Positions 20,793-29,088 of a stretch of DNA of 64,000 bases are shown piece after piece. The position numbers and the translations under genes were made by a program. Within the stretch, counting starts at the first letter, position 1. Each line of letters opens with the position of its first letter. Location of the stretch: positions 20,245-84,244 of the forward strand of contig DATFZF010000047.1 of assembly GCA_035314705.1 (NCBI GenBank). The letters run 5' to 3'. The notes beneath the pieces are model-generated. The model was not told the DNA's origin and did no database searches. It saw only the letters and a program-made list of their open reading frames with translations. This DNA is from Steroidobacteraceae bacterium (GTDB lineage Bacteria; Pseudomonadota; Gammaproteobacteria; Steroidobacterales; Steroidobacteraceae).

Positions 20793-20812
20793 ACCAGCCC
20801 TCCTAAAGCACC

Positions 20813-20888
20813 GCTCCCTTCGTCTAGAGGCCCAGGACATTGCCCTCTCAAGGCAAGTACACGAGTTCGAATCTCGTAGGGAGCGCCA
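20813..20888 (+). tRNA. tRNA-Glu, anticodon CUC
   Basis: Hand-folded 76 nt: acceptor GCTCCCT/AGGGAGC, D arm GTCTAGAGGCCCAGGAC (as in E. coli tRNA-Glu), anticodon stem TTGCC/GGCAA with loop CTCTCAA, T arm ACGAG-TTCGAAT-CTCGT, encoded CCA. Confidence 0.93.
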
Positions 20889-21037
20889 TTAAAAACAAGC
20901 ACTTACATGCTCATTTCACCCCGGCAATTTCTGCCTCGGGTTGAATAATCCTACATGAGGCGTCGCACTTTGCCGATCGCGTTCGGCCGGCGTCCAGCGC
21001 AATTTGTCCGCCAACGGTGTTACCCGTAGGAGGCACT

Positions 21038-21316
21038 ATGCGCAACGAGAATATTCCAATCCCTTCAAACCCGGAAAGACAGCCGCTCGCTCCGTACGAT
21101 CCCCCTGATCCTGCGCCCCAGGCTCTGGCATGGCAGCGTGCAATGCGGGTGGTTGGGTGCGAAACCTCGCCGCGAGAGTCGCGCGCGGCGAGAGGGGCAA
21201 TTCGCGGGACGCTGCGGGTGCCTCATTCGATGGACGCAAGTGCGGCCACCTCCAAGTTGGTTAAACTGCCCGATTCCAGAACGGCGCCCGCAAGCCGCTC
21301 GACCGCCGACCAGTAG
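21038..21316 (+). CDS. possible small Pro-rich hypothetical protein
   Basis: ATG 21038 is preceded by AGGAGG (gtAGGAGGcactATG). Only moderate GC3, rare AGA codons, and the 3-prime 94 nt overlaps the convergent M41-like gene, so doubtful. Confidence 0.25.
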   Translation: MRNENIPIPSNPERQPLAPYDPPDPAPQALAWQRAMRVVGCETSPRESRAARGAIRGTLRVPHSMDASAATSKLVKLPDSRTAPASRSTADQ

Positions 21317-21672
21317 TAGCGAAGGAATCGCCGCGCGGTGATCTCCGCACTACGTAATACGGCACCCTGGTCGCTTCCGATAGTGATGGCCCAACGGGCA
21401 GCAAGCTCTGAGGCGTGTTCCATATCTTGCCTACCGCCGGTCATGAATATGGCGGCCGCCGATATCTTGCGTGCCCGCGCTTCGGCCAGCGGCCCCGCGA
21501 GAGCAATCTCTATCTTGTCGCTGATGCGAATCTCTGCGCCGGTGCCATGCGAGTAGCCCGAGCCATCGTCACTGACGTCGATTGCGGTGGCAGGGCCATG
21601 CCGCACGATACGCATGACTGCATGGCCGGCCTCATGGAATGCGGCCCATCGCCGTGGAGCCCTCTGTTTCAC
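21223..21672 (-). CDS. stand-alone FtsH-like (peptidase M41) zinc metalloprotease domain protein, no ATPase or TM domain
   Basis: 149 aa. AFHEAGHAV (HEXXH as in FtsH TAYHEAGHA), IALAGPLAEARA (cf. FtsH GGRxAEE), GGRQDMEHASELAARWA (cf. FtsH GASNDIxxATxLARxMV). The GTG start overlaps the DUF72 stop (GTGA). Confidence 0.7.
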   Translation of the reverse strand: MKQRAPRRWAAFHEAGHAVMRIVRHGPATAIDVSDDGSGYSHGTGAEIRISDKIEIALAGPLAEARARKISAAAIFMTGGRQDMEHASELAARWAITIGSDQGAVLRSAEITARRFLRYYWSAVERLAGAVLESGSLTNLEVAALASIE

Positions 21673-22475
21673 GGTATACGCCGCAGCAGAGCCATCGCCG
21701 CGGCCGGATTGCTCACCTTGTGGCCGCTGATGACATAGAGGTACACGTCGCGAGCCTTGCCGAGCGGGCTTCGCTGCTCGACGCGCTCGAGCCCATCCAC
21801 CGCAGCGCCGCAGGCCCAGGCCCGCGCTCGAGCGGACCAGAGATCCAGCGCCGACTCGGAGTAGCCTGATGCTGCCGCCTTCTTTGTACCCATGATGCGC
21901 GCGTAAACGAATGGCGCGGTTTCATCCGCAATTTGCGGGTAGTCGGAATCGCCGGCGATCGCCACGGCGACGCCATGCTCGCGCACCAGTGCGATGAAAT
22001 CGGAACAGCGAAAACTCTCGTGCCGAACCTCGACGACGTGACGCAGCGCACGGCCCGCCATTGCCTTCGGCAGAAGCTTCAAGAACGCCTCGAAGTCGGC
22101 AGGATCGAATTTCTTGGTGGGCAAGAGCTGCCAATTGATGGGACCCAATTTGTCCCTGAGCTCCAGGACGCCGCCCGCCAAGAACCGCGCGACGCTGCGG
22201 CCGGCATCGCCGAGAACCTCGCGATTCGTCGCGAAGCGCGGCGCCTTCAAGGAGAAGACGAAGCCTTCCGGCGTCTCGTCACGCCATTTGGCGAAGGTTT
22301 CCGGCTTCTGCGCGCCGTAAAACGTCCCGTTGATCTCGATCGACGTGAGTTGCCGGCTGGCGAATTCGAGCTCGCGCTTGTGCGGTAAATCATCGGGGTA
22401 GAACGTCCCCCGCCAGGGCTCGTACGTCCAGCCGCCGATGCCGATCCGAATCGCACCGCTGGTTGTTTTGGCCAT
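21669..22475 (-). CDS. DUF72 (YecE-like) protein
   Basis: IRIGIGGWTYEPWRGTFYPDDLPHKRELEFASRQLTSIEINGTFYG is typical DUF72. ATG 22475 follows AAGGA. Confidence 0.85.
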   Translation of the reverse strand: MAKTTSGAIRIGIGGWTYEPWRGTFYPDDLPHKRELEFASRQLTSIEINGTFYGAQKPETFAKWRDETPEGFVFSLKAPRFATNREVLGDAGRSVARFLAGGVLELRDKLGPINWQLLPTKKFDPADFEAFLKLLPKAMAGRALRHVVEVRHESFRCSDFIALVREHGVAVAIAGDSDYPQIADETAPFVYARIMGTKKAAASGYSESALDLWSARARAWACGAAVDGLERVEQRSPLGKARDVYLYVISGHKVSNPAAAMALLRRIP

Positions 22476-22652
22476 CAGATTCCTTGTCGATACCCGCCGA
22501 CTCACCACAATATCAATCCAAAGGATCCCGCGGAAAGCGCACCTTCAAATTTGTTCAAATCCACCAATTAATCCGCTTGACCACCCGCGCGGCGGAGGGC
22601 CTTATATAGCAAGACGGCAACCTGGCGACCGTCCGAACCACCCGGATTTTGG

Positions 22653-23108
22653 CTATTGAGTCGCCGTGCGCTGCGACGCCACCGCGATCCAGTCATTGCC
22701 GCGGCGCACGAATGTGTCGGTAAAAACCACTTTGGCGGCCACCCGCTGTCCCTCGAAGTCTCCGTCCTGAAGCCCCGCGCCCGTGACGATCGCGGCGTCG
22801 CCGTACACATAGACTTTCATGTCGGCGAGCTGCAGCTTGCGCAGCTTCAGTGCGCCTGATTTGAGCACTTGAAACACCTCGGACTTGCTGCTGCGATGTC
22901 CGGTCTCATCCGTATCCACGTAGTCCTGCGCCCACAACTTCGACAGGGTTTGGGTATCGGCCCTCTGCAAGGCCTCTATCCACTTTTGTTCGAGCGCGAC
23001 GAGCGCTCCAGTGGGATCGCCGCTCGCCGCGAGCTCCGCCGCGGTCGCGATCGATGCGGGCAGGGCAAACGCGAGCAGCCATACACACTTCCAGTAGCGC
23101 ATACGCAT
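22653..23108 (-). CDS. secreted DUF4440 / NTF2-like (SnoaL fold) protein
   Basis: Signal peptide MRMRYWKCVWLLAFALPASIATA. LEQKWIEALQRADTQTLSKLWAQDYV...GDAAIVTG...FVRRGNDWIAVASQ pattern. Confidence 0.75.
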   Translation of the reverse strand: MRMRYWKCVWLLAFALPASIATAAELAASGDPTGALVALEQKWIEALQRADTQTLSKLWAQDYVDTDETGHRSSKSEVFQVLKSGALKLRKLQLADMKVYVYGDAAIVTGAGLQDGDFEGQRVAAKVVFTDTFVRRGNDWIAVASQRTATQ

Positions 23109-23318
23109 CCTCCTGTCTGAGCGAATTCATTTAACAAAACTTCTGATCGGTGCGCGCCGCGCCGCGCCATGTCTTCGCCGTCGGCAATCGGCGACGATTT
23201 TTCCTGTCAACCCGCGCAGTGCTGAAGCGTTGGTGCAGGCAACAGAGGCGCAATTGCGCTCTCAAGTGCCAGTAAGCGCCAGGGAATGTTTAACGTCAAC
23301 TTCGAGGAGACATCGATC

Positions 23319-25268
23319 ATGGTCCCCAATTCATCTCGTGTATTGTCGGTCGGCGCCGTCGCCGCTCTGCTCGCCGCTTGCGGCGGCGGTGGAGCCGGCG
23401 TTGCCACCACCACCCCTACCATGCCGCAATCGCAAACCGGCACCGTTTCGATGCTGCTCAGCGACGCGTCGAGCGAAGACTGGGCGACGATCGGCGTCAA
23501 AGTTCTGTCCATTGCGCTGGTGCCGCAAGGTGGCGGCAGCAACGTCACCGTCTACACGGCGCCGTCGACGGTGCCCATGGTCAATCTGGCGGAACTGGAT
23601 CAGATCGCCGAAATACTCGGCAATGCCACGGTTCCCGCCGGCACCTACACCGGCGCCGTGCTCACCGTCAGCGCCAACGCCGGCGATGTGATGCTGGTTG
23701 CGGCGGCCGATCCGGAGGCGGGCTTTGCCGCGGCGGCCGGCGCGACGATTCCCGGCAGTCAAATTCAAATTCAACACGCAATGGGCACGGCGCCGAATCT
23801 CACCGTGCCCGTCAACGTGAATTTCGTCTCGCCGCTGGTGGTGAACGCGAACCAGAACAACGCGCTGGATTTGGAATTCGATCTCGCACATCCGGCCTTC
23901 CTGGTGGGTCATGTGCCGCCGGGTGCCGGCACCACCCTCTGGGCGGTCAACTTCGACGGCCCGGTGCGTCACCACCCGCTGCATGAACTCAGCCGCCTCG
24001 TGCTGCGGCACATGTATGGCGACGTGACCGCCATCTCGTCCGACAACAGCTCGATCACGATCACCAAGGAGTTCCCGACCGAGCCCCTGGTGAACCCGGA
24101 GACGGCCATTGCGACGACGGCGTCGCTGACCATCTTGGCCGATGCGACCAACGGTACGATTTTTTACGACGTCGACGCCAAGACCCGTACGGTGATCAAG
24201 GACTTCTCCTCTGAGTCGAGCCTCTCCGGCAAGCAGGTGCGCGTCGCCGCGCGCTATCAGGAGGACGGCACCTTGGTGGCCACCCGCATCTGGGCCAGCA
24301 GCCAGTTCAACAATGTGTGGCTGAGCCCCGAAGGCCACGTGCTGCACGTCGATGCGGTCAACGACATCGTCACCATTGAAAACGAGTCCGGCCGCGGAGT
24401 CCCGCTCACCGTCGATGCCAATACGCAGTTCTTCTTTCGTCAACCGCAGAATGCGGCGGCCGATGCCATGCCCATCGGCACCGGCACCGCATTCCTCACG
24501 AGCCATGATCTGGTGCGCGGCTTCAAGGTGCATGCCAGCGTGGTCGATCCTTTGGCGACGCCTCTGGTCGCACAGAGCATCGATATCGAGACTGCGGCGT
24601 ATGACGGCACGATATCCGCGCCTGATATGACCGGCTTCACGTTGACGCATAACTTCAGAACGGTCACGGACGATTACGTCTACACGCTCGACTACATTGC
24701 CTCTGCCACCGCCAACGGCACGGATGACAGCGGCAACGTGATCGACGGGTTCAAGTACTGGAACTTTGCGTATCCGACCGTACTGACGTTCGGTTCGAAC
24801 GCCATCACCGCCTTCATTGCCGCCACCAACGCCAGCGTCAATTTCGGCGGCACCGTGGGCTCGGTGCCCTCGCACGGCATCAGTTTCGCGACGTGGAATG
24901 ATCCCGCCAATACCAGCGGCTGGTCGGCAACCGCCGCCATTCTGACGCCCTCCACGCTGCCGCTCGGTCTCGTGGCGACCGGATTGGTGAACAATGCGTT
25001 CACCATGACGGTCATCGGCGGCACCGCCGCGGCGACGGTGGACGTCAGCACGGCCTCGGGTTCTGCCACCTTGGTCTATCAGGTGGATTGCACCGACGGC
25101 GTGATCACCGTCAGTCCCATCGACATCACCACCAGCAGCGGTCTTGCGAGCCTCACCGCGGGACTCGCCACCGGGGCGCCGGTCAAGGTGTACGGGATAC
25201 CCCAGGCGGGCGACACTCTGCAGGCCTATGTGCTGGCGTACTTCACCGGACAAGCGCCGGCTCAGTAA
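23319..25268 (+). CDS. large lipoprotein with N-terminal DUF4382-like domain
   Basis: Lipobox AALLAACGG, then GTVSMLLSDASSEDWATIGVKVLSIALVPQGG...NLAELDQ...VPAGTYTGAVLTV (DUF4382-like). Beta-rich Thr/Ala/Val C-terminal 450 aa. GAGGAG lies upstream of ATG 23319. Confidence 0.75.
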   Translation: MVPNSSRVLSVGAVAALLAACGGGGAGVATTTPTMPQSQTGTVSMLLSDASSEDWATIGVKVLSIALVPQGGGSNVTVYTAPSTVPMVNLAELDQIAEILGNATVPAGTYTGAVLTVSANAGDVMLVAAADPEAGFAAAAGATIPGSQIQIQHAMGTAPNLTVPVNVNFVSPLVVNANQNNALDLEFDLAHPAFLVGHVPPGAGTTLWAVNFDGPVRHHPLHELSRLVLRHMYGDVTAISSDNSSITITKEFPTEPLVNPETAIATTASLTILADATNGTIFYDVDAKTRTVIKDFSSESSLSGKQVRVAARYQEDGTLVATRIWASSQFNNVWLSPEGHVLHVDAVNDIVTIENESGRGVPLTVDANTQFFFRQPQNAAADAMPIGTGTAFLTSHDLVRGFKVHASVVDPLATPLVAQSIDIETAAYDGTISAPDMTGFTLTHNFRTVTDDYVYTLDYIASATANGTDDSGNVIDGFKYWNFAYPTVLTFGSNAITAFIAATNASVNFGGTVGSVPSHGISFATWNDPANTSGWSATAAILTPSTLPLGLVATGLVNNAFTMTVIGGTAAATVDVSTASGSATLVYQVDCTDGVITVSPIDITTSSGLASLTAGLATGAPVKVYGIPQAGDTLQAYVLAYFTGQAPAQ

Positions 25269-25291
25269 GCAGACCTCGCCAGAGCGAGAAC

Positions 25292-25331
25292 AAAACGCCG
25301 TGCGGCGCCCTCGAGGCCGCACGGCGTTTTT
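25292..25331 (+). terminator. rho-independent terminator after the lipoprotein gene
   Basis: Stem cgccgtgcggc (25296..25306) / gccgcacggcg (25316..25326), 9-nt loop, TTTTT at 25327..25331, A-tract on the 5-prime side. Confidence 0.7.
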
Positions 25332-25434
25332 CTGTGCCCGGCGGGTGTAAACTCCAGCCGCGCCCTCGCGCTCATAACAACATCGGCGTCAGTGGCGTGT
25401 GCGATGCATCAAAAACAAAACGTGGGAGCCCTCA

Positions 25435-26208
25435 ATGACCAAACTAATTACGCTGGCGCTACTCCTTCCGGCATTTGCAATGGCCAAGAGCCCATTTGAC
25501 GGTATCTGGATGACACGGCTCGATTCGATGCAGTTTTCAGGCAAGCCCGATGTGTACGTGATCAGCAATGGCATGTATGACTGCAAAAGCTGCGTGCCGC
25601 CCTACAAGATCAAGGCCGATGGCACGGATCAACCGGTACCCGAGCATGACTACCTGGATCATTCGGCGGTGAAAATATCGAGCCCGACCTCGATTGAGAT
25701 CACCGATAAGAAGGACGGCAAGGTCACCTCGACGCTGACCATCACCGTATCGGCCGACGGTTCGAAGCACACCGGCAAGTTCACGAGTTACGTCGGCGAA
25801 AAGCCCTTCAGCGGGGAGTTCACGGAGAAGCGGGTTGGCCCTGCCCCCGCGGGTGCGCACGCGCTCTCCGGCTCCTGGATGCAGGACAGCATGGCCGACA
25901 TGTCGGCGGTCGCGCGCACTGTCTCCCTGCAATCGACGCCCAATGGCCTCAAAATGATGTGGAACGGCCAGACGACCGACGCGAAGTTCGACGGCAAGGA
26001 GTATCCAGTCGTCGGCGATCCCGGTAAGACCATGGTAACGCTGAAGAAAGTCAGCGACACCCAGATCGAGGAAACCGATCGGCGGCGCGGCAAAGTGTTC
26101 GACGTGATCGTCTGGACGGTGGCCGCCGACGGCAAGACGATCACCGTGGTCGATACCGATCCCCAACACGAAACCAAGACGACGTATATCGTCGACAAGC
26201 AACCCTAG
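25435..26208 (+). CDS. secreted hypothetical protein with two similar beta-rich halves (lipocalin-like by eye)
   Basis: Signal peptide MTKLITLALLLPAFAMA. Both halves start G(I/S)W and contain DGK...T motifs. Noticeably lower GC than the surroundings. GGGAG lies upstream of the ATG. Confidence 0.65.
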   Translation: MTKLITLALLLPAFAMAKSPFDGIWMTRLDSMQFSGKPDVYVISNGMYDCKSCVPPYKIKADGTDQPVPEHDYLDHSAVKISSPTSIEITDKKDGKVTSTLTITVSADGSKHTGKFTSYVGEKPFSGEFTEKRVGPAPAGAHALSGSWMQDSMADMSAVARTVSLQSTPNGLKMMWNGQTTDAKFDGKEYPVVGDPGKTMVTLKKVSDTQIEETDRRRGKVFDVIVWTVAADGKTITVVDTDPQHETKTTYIVDKQP

Positions 26209-26230
26209 CAACCGGAACCGGCGCCCGTCC

Positions 26231-27202
26231 TCATTCCGCCGGCGCGGCGCCGGTGCCGCCGAGCAATCGGCTGCGCCACCATTCGATGGTATCGGACAAG
26301 GCCTCGTCCAGGGTGAACCGCGGCCGCCAATGGGCCGCGTCCCGCAGGCGATCCACCTTGGGCAGGAGCAGCGCGGGTTCCCCCGGCGGCGCGGCGCGCG
26401 CGCCGAGCCGCACAAGCTCCGGCCGTCCGATCTGCCGGCCGATGCGATTGACGAGATCCGCCAGCGCGACTCCCTCGCCGGAACCGATGTTCACCGGGCC
26501 TTCAACGTCGCTGTCCAGAACGGCCGCAAAAGCCGCTGCGACGTCGGCGACGTGAAGGAAACTGCGTATCTGGTTTCCATGCGTACACGGCGCTTCGCGA
26601 TTCAACAGCAAATTGCCGATCACGGACGGCACCAGCCGGTCCGGGTGTTCATAGGGACCGAATTGAAAAAAGATCCGTCCCCACGCCGCCGAGACCTGTT
26701 CTCGGCGCGCGAATTCGGCCAGCGCCCGCTGCAAGGCGATTTTGCACTCGGCATAGGGGCTCAATGGCACGGCAGACTCCGTCGCGAGAGGGGTCGCGAA
26801 CTCGTCGCAGAGGTTCGCCCGCGACCAATCGTATTCCGCGCAGCTGCCGGCCATCACCACGCGCCGGCCGCCGCGGACGCAAAAGGCGCGCAGCAGCCGC
26901 TCACTCGCCGCTGCCCAGCGATAATTCTCCGGACTGTTCCAGTACAGACCCGGCGTCGCTATCCAGGCGAAGTGCAGCAAATGCGTCGGCCGCGCCTCGC
27001 TCAGCAATTCATCGACCTTCGCGCCGTCGAGCAGATCGGCGATGTGAACCGTTGCGCCGCTCAGTTCGGCCGGGATACCGCCGCCCGCCTTCCCCGACAG
27101 CACCGCATGCACCTCGTAGCCCCGGCGCAGCAGCGCCGGGACGCTCCAGCGGCCGATGAAACCGCCTGCGCCGCTGACCAGCACGCGCTTGCCTTGCGTC
27201 AC
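26231..27202 (-). CDS. NAD(P)-dependent sugar epimerase/reductase (extended SDR), probable 4-ketoreductase
   Basis: VLVSGAGGFIGR Rossmann motif, YAECK (YxxxK). The GTG 27202 start overlaps the stop of the upstream RfbC-like gene (GTGA); the track start at 27304 lies inside that gene. Confidence 0.85.
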   Translation of the reverse strand: MTQGKRVLVSGAGGFIGRWSVPALLRRGYEVHAVLSGKAGGGIPAELSGATVHIADLLDGAKVDELLSEARPTHLLHFAWIATPGLYWNSPENYRWAAASERLLRAFCVRGGRRVVMAGSCAEYDWSRANLCDEFATPLATESAVPLSPYAECKIALQRALAEFARREQVSAAWGRIFFQFGPYEHPDRLVPSVIGNLLLNREAPCTHGNQIRSFLHVADVAAAFAAVLDSDVEGPVNIGSGEGVALADLVNRIGRQIGRPELVRLGARAAPPGEPALLLPKVDRLRDAAHWRPRFTLDEALSDTIEWWRSRLLGGTGAAPAE

Positions 27203-27771
27203 ACCCCACCCGGCGCAGCGGCGCCCGGCGCACCCGCGCCCGGTGCGTCGAACAGCGCGAAGCCCGCGTCGCGCGCGGAGATCACCGCGGGAGGCATCGG
27301 CCACTCGATGGCGAAGGCGGGATCGTTCCAGCGCAGCCCGCGGCTGAACGCCGGCGCATGCGCCACCGAGATCATGTAATACACCTCGGCATCATCGGTG
27401 AGGCTCATGAACCCATGGGCAAATCCGGGCGGAATGAACAGCGAGCGGCGATTCTCCGCGCTCAGCTGCGTTCCAAACCACTGCCGGATCGTGGGCGACG
27501 AGGCGCGAATGTCGACGATGACATCGAAGATTGCGCCGGCGGTGCAGCGCACCAGCTTGTGCTCCTCGTGCGGCGCGCACTGATAGTGCATGCCCCGCAG
27601 GGTGCCGCGGCGGGCGTTATACGACACGCTGCATTGTCGCAATTCCGGTCCCAGGCCCCGCGCCGCAAATTCTTCCGCGCAGTACGATCGGGCAAAGAAT
27701 CCTCGTTCGTCCGTGAGCCGCTCGATGTCGACCACGTACGCCCCCCGCAGCGGCGCCTCGGTGAAAATCAT
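27199..27771 (-). CDS. NDP-4-keto-6-deoxyhexose 3,5-epimerase family protein (RfbC-like cupin)
   Basis: RLTDERGFFARSY...RGTLRGMHYQ...KLVRCTAGAIFDVIVDIR motifs. Gly/Ala/Pro-rich C-terminal tail. Confidence 0.88.
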   Translation of the reverse strand: MIFTEAPLRGAYVVDIERLTDERGFFARSYCAEEFAARGLGPELRQCSVSYNARRGTLRGMHYQCAPHEEHKLVRCTAGAIFDVIVDIRASSPTIRQWFGTQLSAENRRSLFIPPGFAHGFMSLTDDAEVYYMISVAHAPAFSRGLRWNDPAFAIEWPMPPAVISARDAGFALFDAPGAGAPGAAAPGGV

Positions 27772-27807
27772 GCGCGCACTCCTCGAGGCGTCACGGCGCG
27801 GCCGGCG

Positions 27808-29049
27808 TCACGGATGGACACGGACCACGGGCACCGGCGTGACGAACCGGCCTCCCCAGGCTTTGATCTCGCGCAGCTGCTGGCGAATCTCCTCCTGCAG
27901 ATTCCACGGCAGAATCAGCACATAATCCGGCCGCGATCGCAGCAGCGCTTCGGGCGACACCACCGGGATGTGAGTTCCCGGCAAGAATTTCGACTGCTTG
28001 TGCGGATTGCGGTCCGCCACCAGGGCAATGTCGGCCGGCGTCACGCCGCAAAAATTGAGCAGGGTGTTGCCCTTGGCCGCCGCGCCGTACGCGGCCAGCT
28101 TTTTCCCCTCGTGCTTCGCCAGTTCGATGAATTCCAACAAGGATCGGCGGCAGTTCTCGACGCGCTCCGCGAAACGCAGGTACGTCGCAAGGTCGGCCAG
28201 TCCCGCCGCGCTCTCCTCCGCGCGCAGCTCGCGCAGCAAGGCGCTGTCTTCGAGGTCCGTGCGCCGCGCGTGCGAGGCGAACACGCGCAGCGATCCGCCG
28301 TGGGTCGGCAGCCGTTCCGCGTCGTAGAGCCGCAGCCCATGACGGCGGAACACCTGTTCGATCGCATACAAGGAAAAATACGAATAGTGCTCATGATAAA
28401 TCGTGTCGAATTCGACGTGCTCGATGAGTTCGAGCAGATGCGGAAATTCGATCGTCGCCGTCCCCGCCGGTTTGAGCAGCAGGGCAATCCCGGCGACGAA
28501 GTCATTGAGCGCAGGCACATGCGCCAGCACATTGTTGGCGACGATCAAATCGGCCTGCCGGCCCTGCCCGGCCAGATCCCTGGCCAGGTCCTCGCCGAAG
28601 AACTTCACCAGGGTGGGAACGCCGATCTTTTCAGCGGCCGCGGCGACGGTATCGGATGGATCGATTCCGAGAACCGGCACTCCCATGCCGATGAAATTCT
28701 TCAGCAAGTAGCCATCGTTGCTCGCGAGTTCCACGACCAGGCTGCGCGGACCGAGTGCGAAGCGCCGCTGCGCCATCTCGCAGTACTCTTTGGCGTGCGC
28801 CAGCCAATCGTCCGAGAAAGAGGAGAAATACACGTAGTTGCCGAACAGTTCCTGCGGCGCCACGTCATAGTCGACCTGCACCAGCTTGCAGGATTCACAG
28901 ACCTTGGCGCGCAGCGGATAGCGCTTCTCCTCGTGTACGGCGTCCAGGGAGGCAATGAAGGCGTTCGACGCCGGCTGCATTCCCAGATCGGCCATCGTTA
29001 CGGTCAAACGGCCGCCGCACGCGCGGCACGCGGTCACGGGCCCTACCAT
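27808..29049 (-). CDS. SAM-dependent NDP-hexose C-methyltransferase (TylCIII-like, N-terminal zinc ribbon)
   Basis: CRACGGRLTVTMADLGMQPASNAF...CESCKLVQ zinc ribbon, class I MTase core LVVELASNDGYLL, C-terminal domain IPVVSPEAL. 413 aa, the size and layout of TylCIII/EvaC-type enzymes. Confidence 0.8.
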   Translation of the reverse strand: MVGPVTACRACGGRLTVTMADLGMQPASNAFIASLDAVHEEKRYPLRAKVCESCKLVQVDYDVAPQELFGNYVYFSSFSDDWLAHAKEYCEMAQRRFALGPRSLVVELASNDGYLLKNFIGMGVPVLGIDPSDTVAAAAEKIGVPTLVKFFGEDLARDLAGQGRQADLIVANNVLAHVPALNDFVAGIALLLKPAGTATIEFPHLLELIEHVEFDTIYHEHYSYFSLYAIEQVFRRHGLRLYDAERLPTHGGSLRVFASHARRTDLEDSALLRELRAEESAAGLADLATYLRFAERVENCRRSLLEFIELAKHEGKKLAAYGAAAKGNTLLNFCGVTPADIALVADRNPHKQSKFLPGTHIPVVSPEALLRSRPDYVLILPWNLQEEIRQQLREIKAWGGRFVTPVPVVRVHP

Positions 29050-29088
29050 CTCGGGCGTCCTACCATCGCCGGCCCTCGCATCGCGGAG

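Noticed and set aside
23150-23200. Hairpin cgccg-tcggcaat-cggcg followed by a T-run as a terminator
   Set aside because: The stem is only 5 bp, and no upstream + strand gene ends there. On the minus strand it lies upstream of, not after, the NTF2-like gene.
23331-25322. 663-aa minus-strand ORF opposite the DUF4382 lipoprotein gene
   Set aside because: The product is Arg/Gly-rich nonsense. The + strand frame has a lipobox, an SD, a recognisable domain, high GC3 and a terminator.
20889-26230. Integrated mobile genomic island at the tRNA-Glu 3-prime end
   Set aside because: There is no integrase, excisionase, transfer or phage gene. I could not find a direct repeat of the tRNA 3-prime end (e.g. 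TTCGAATCTCGTAGGGAGCGCCA) downstream. It is kept only as a variable-region observation.
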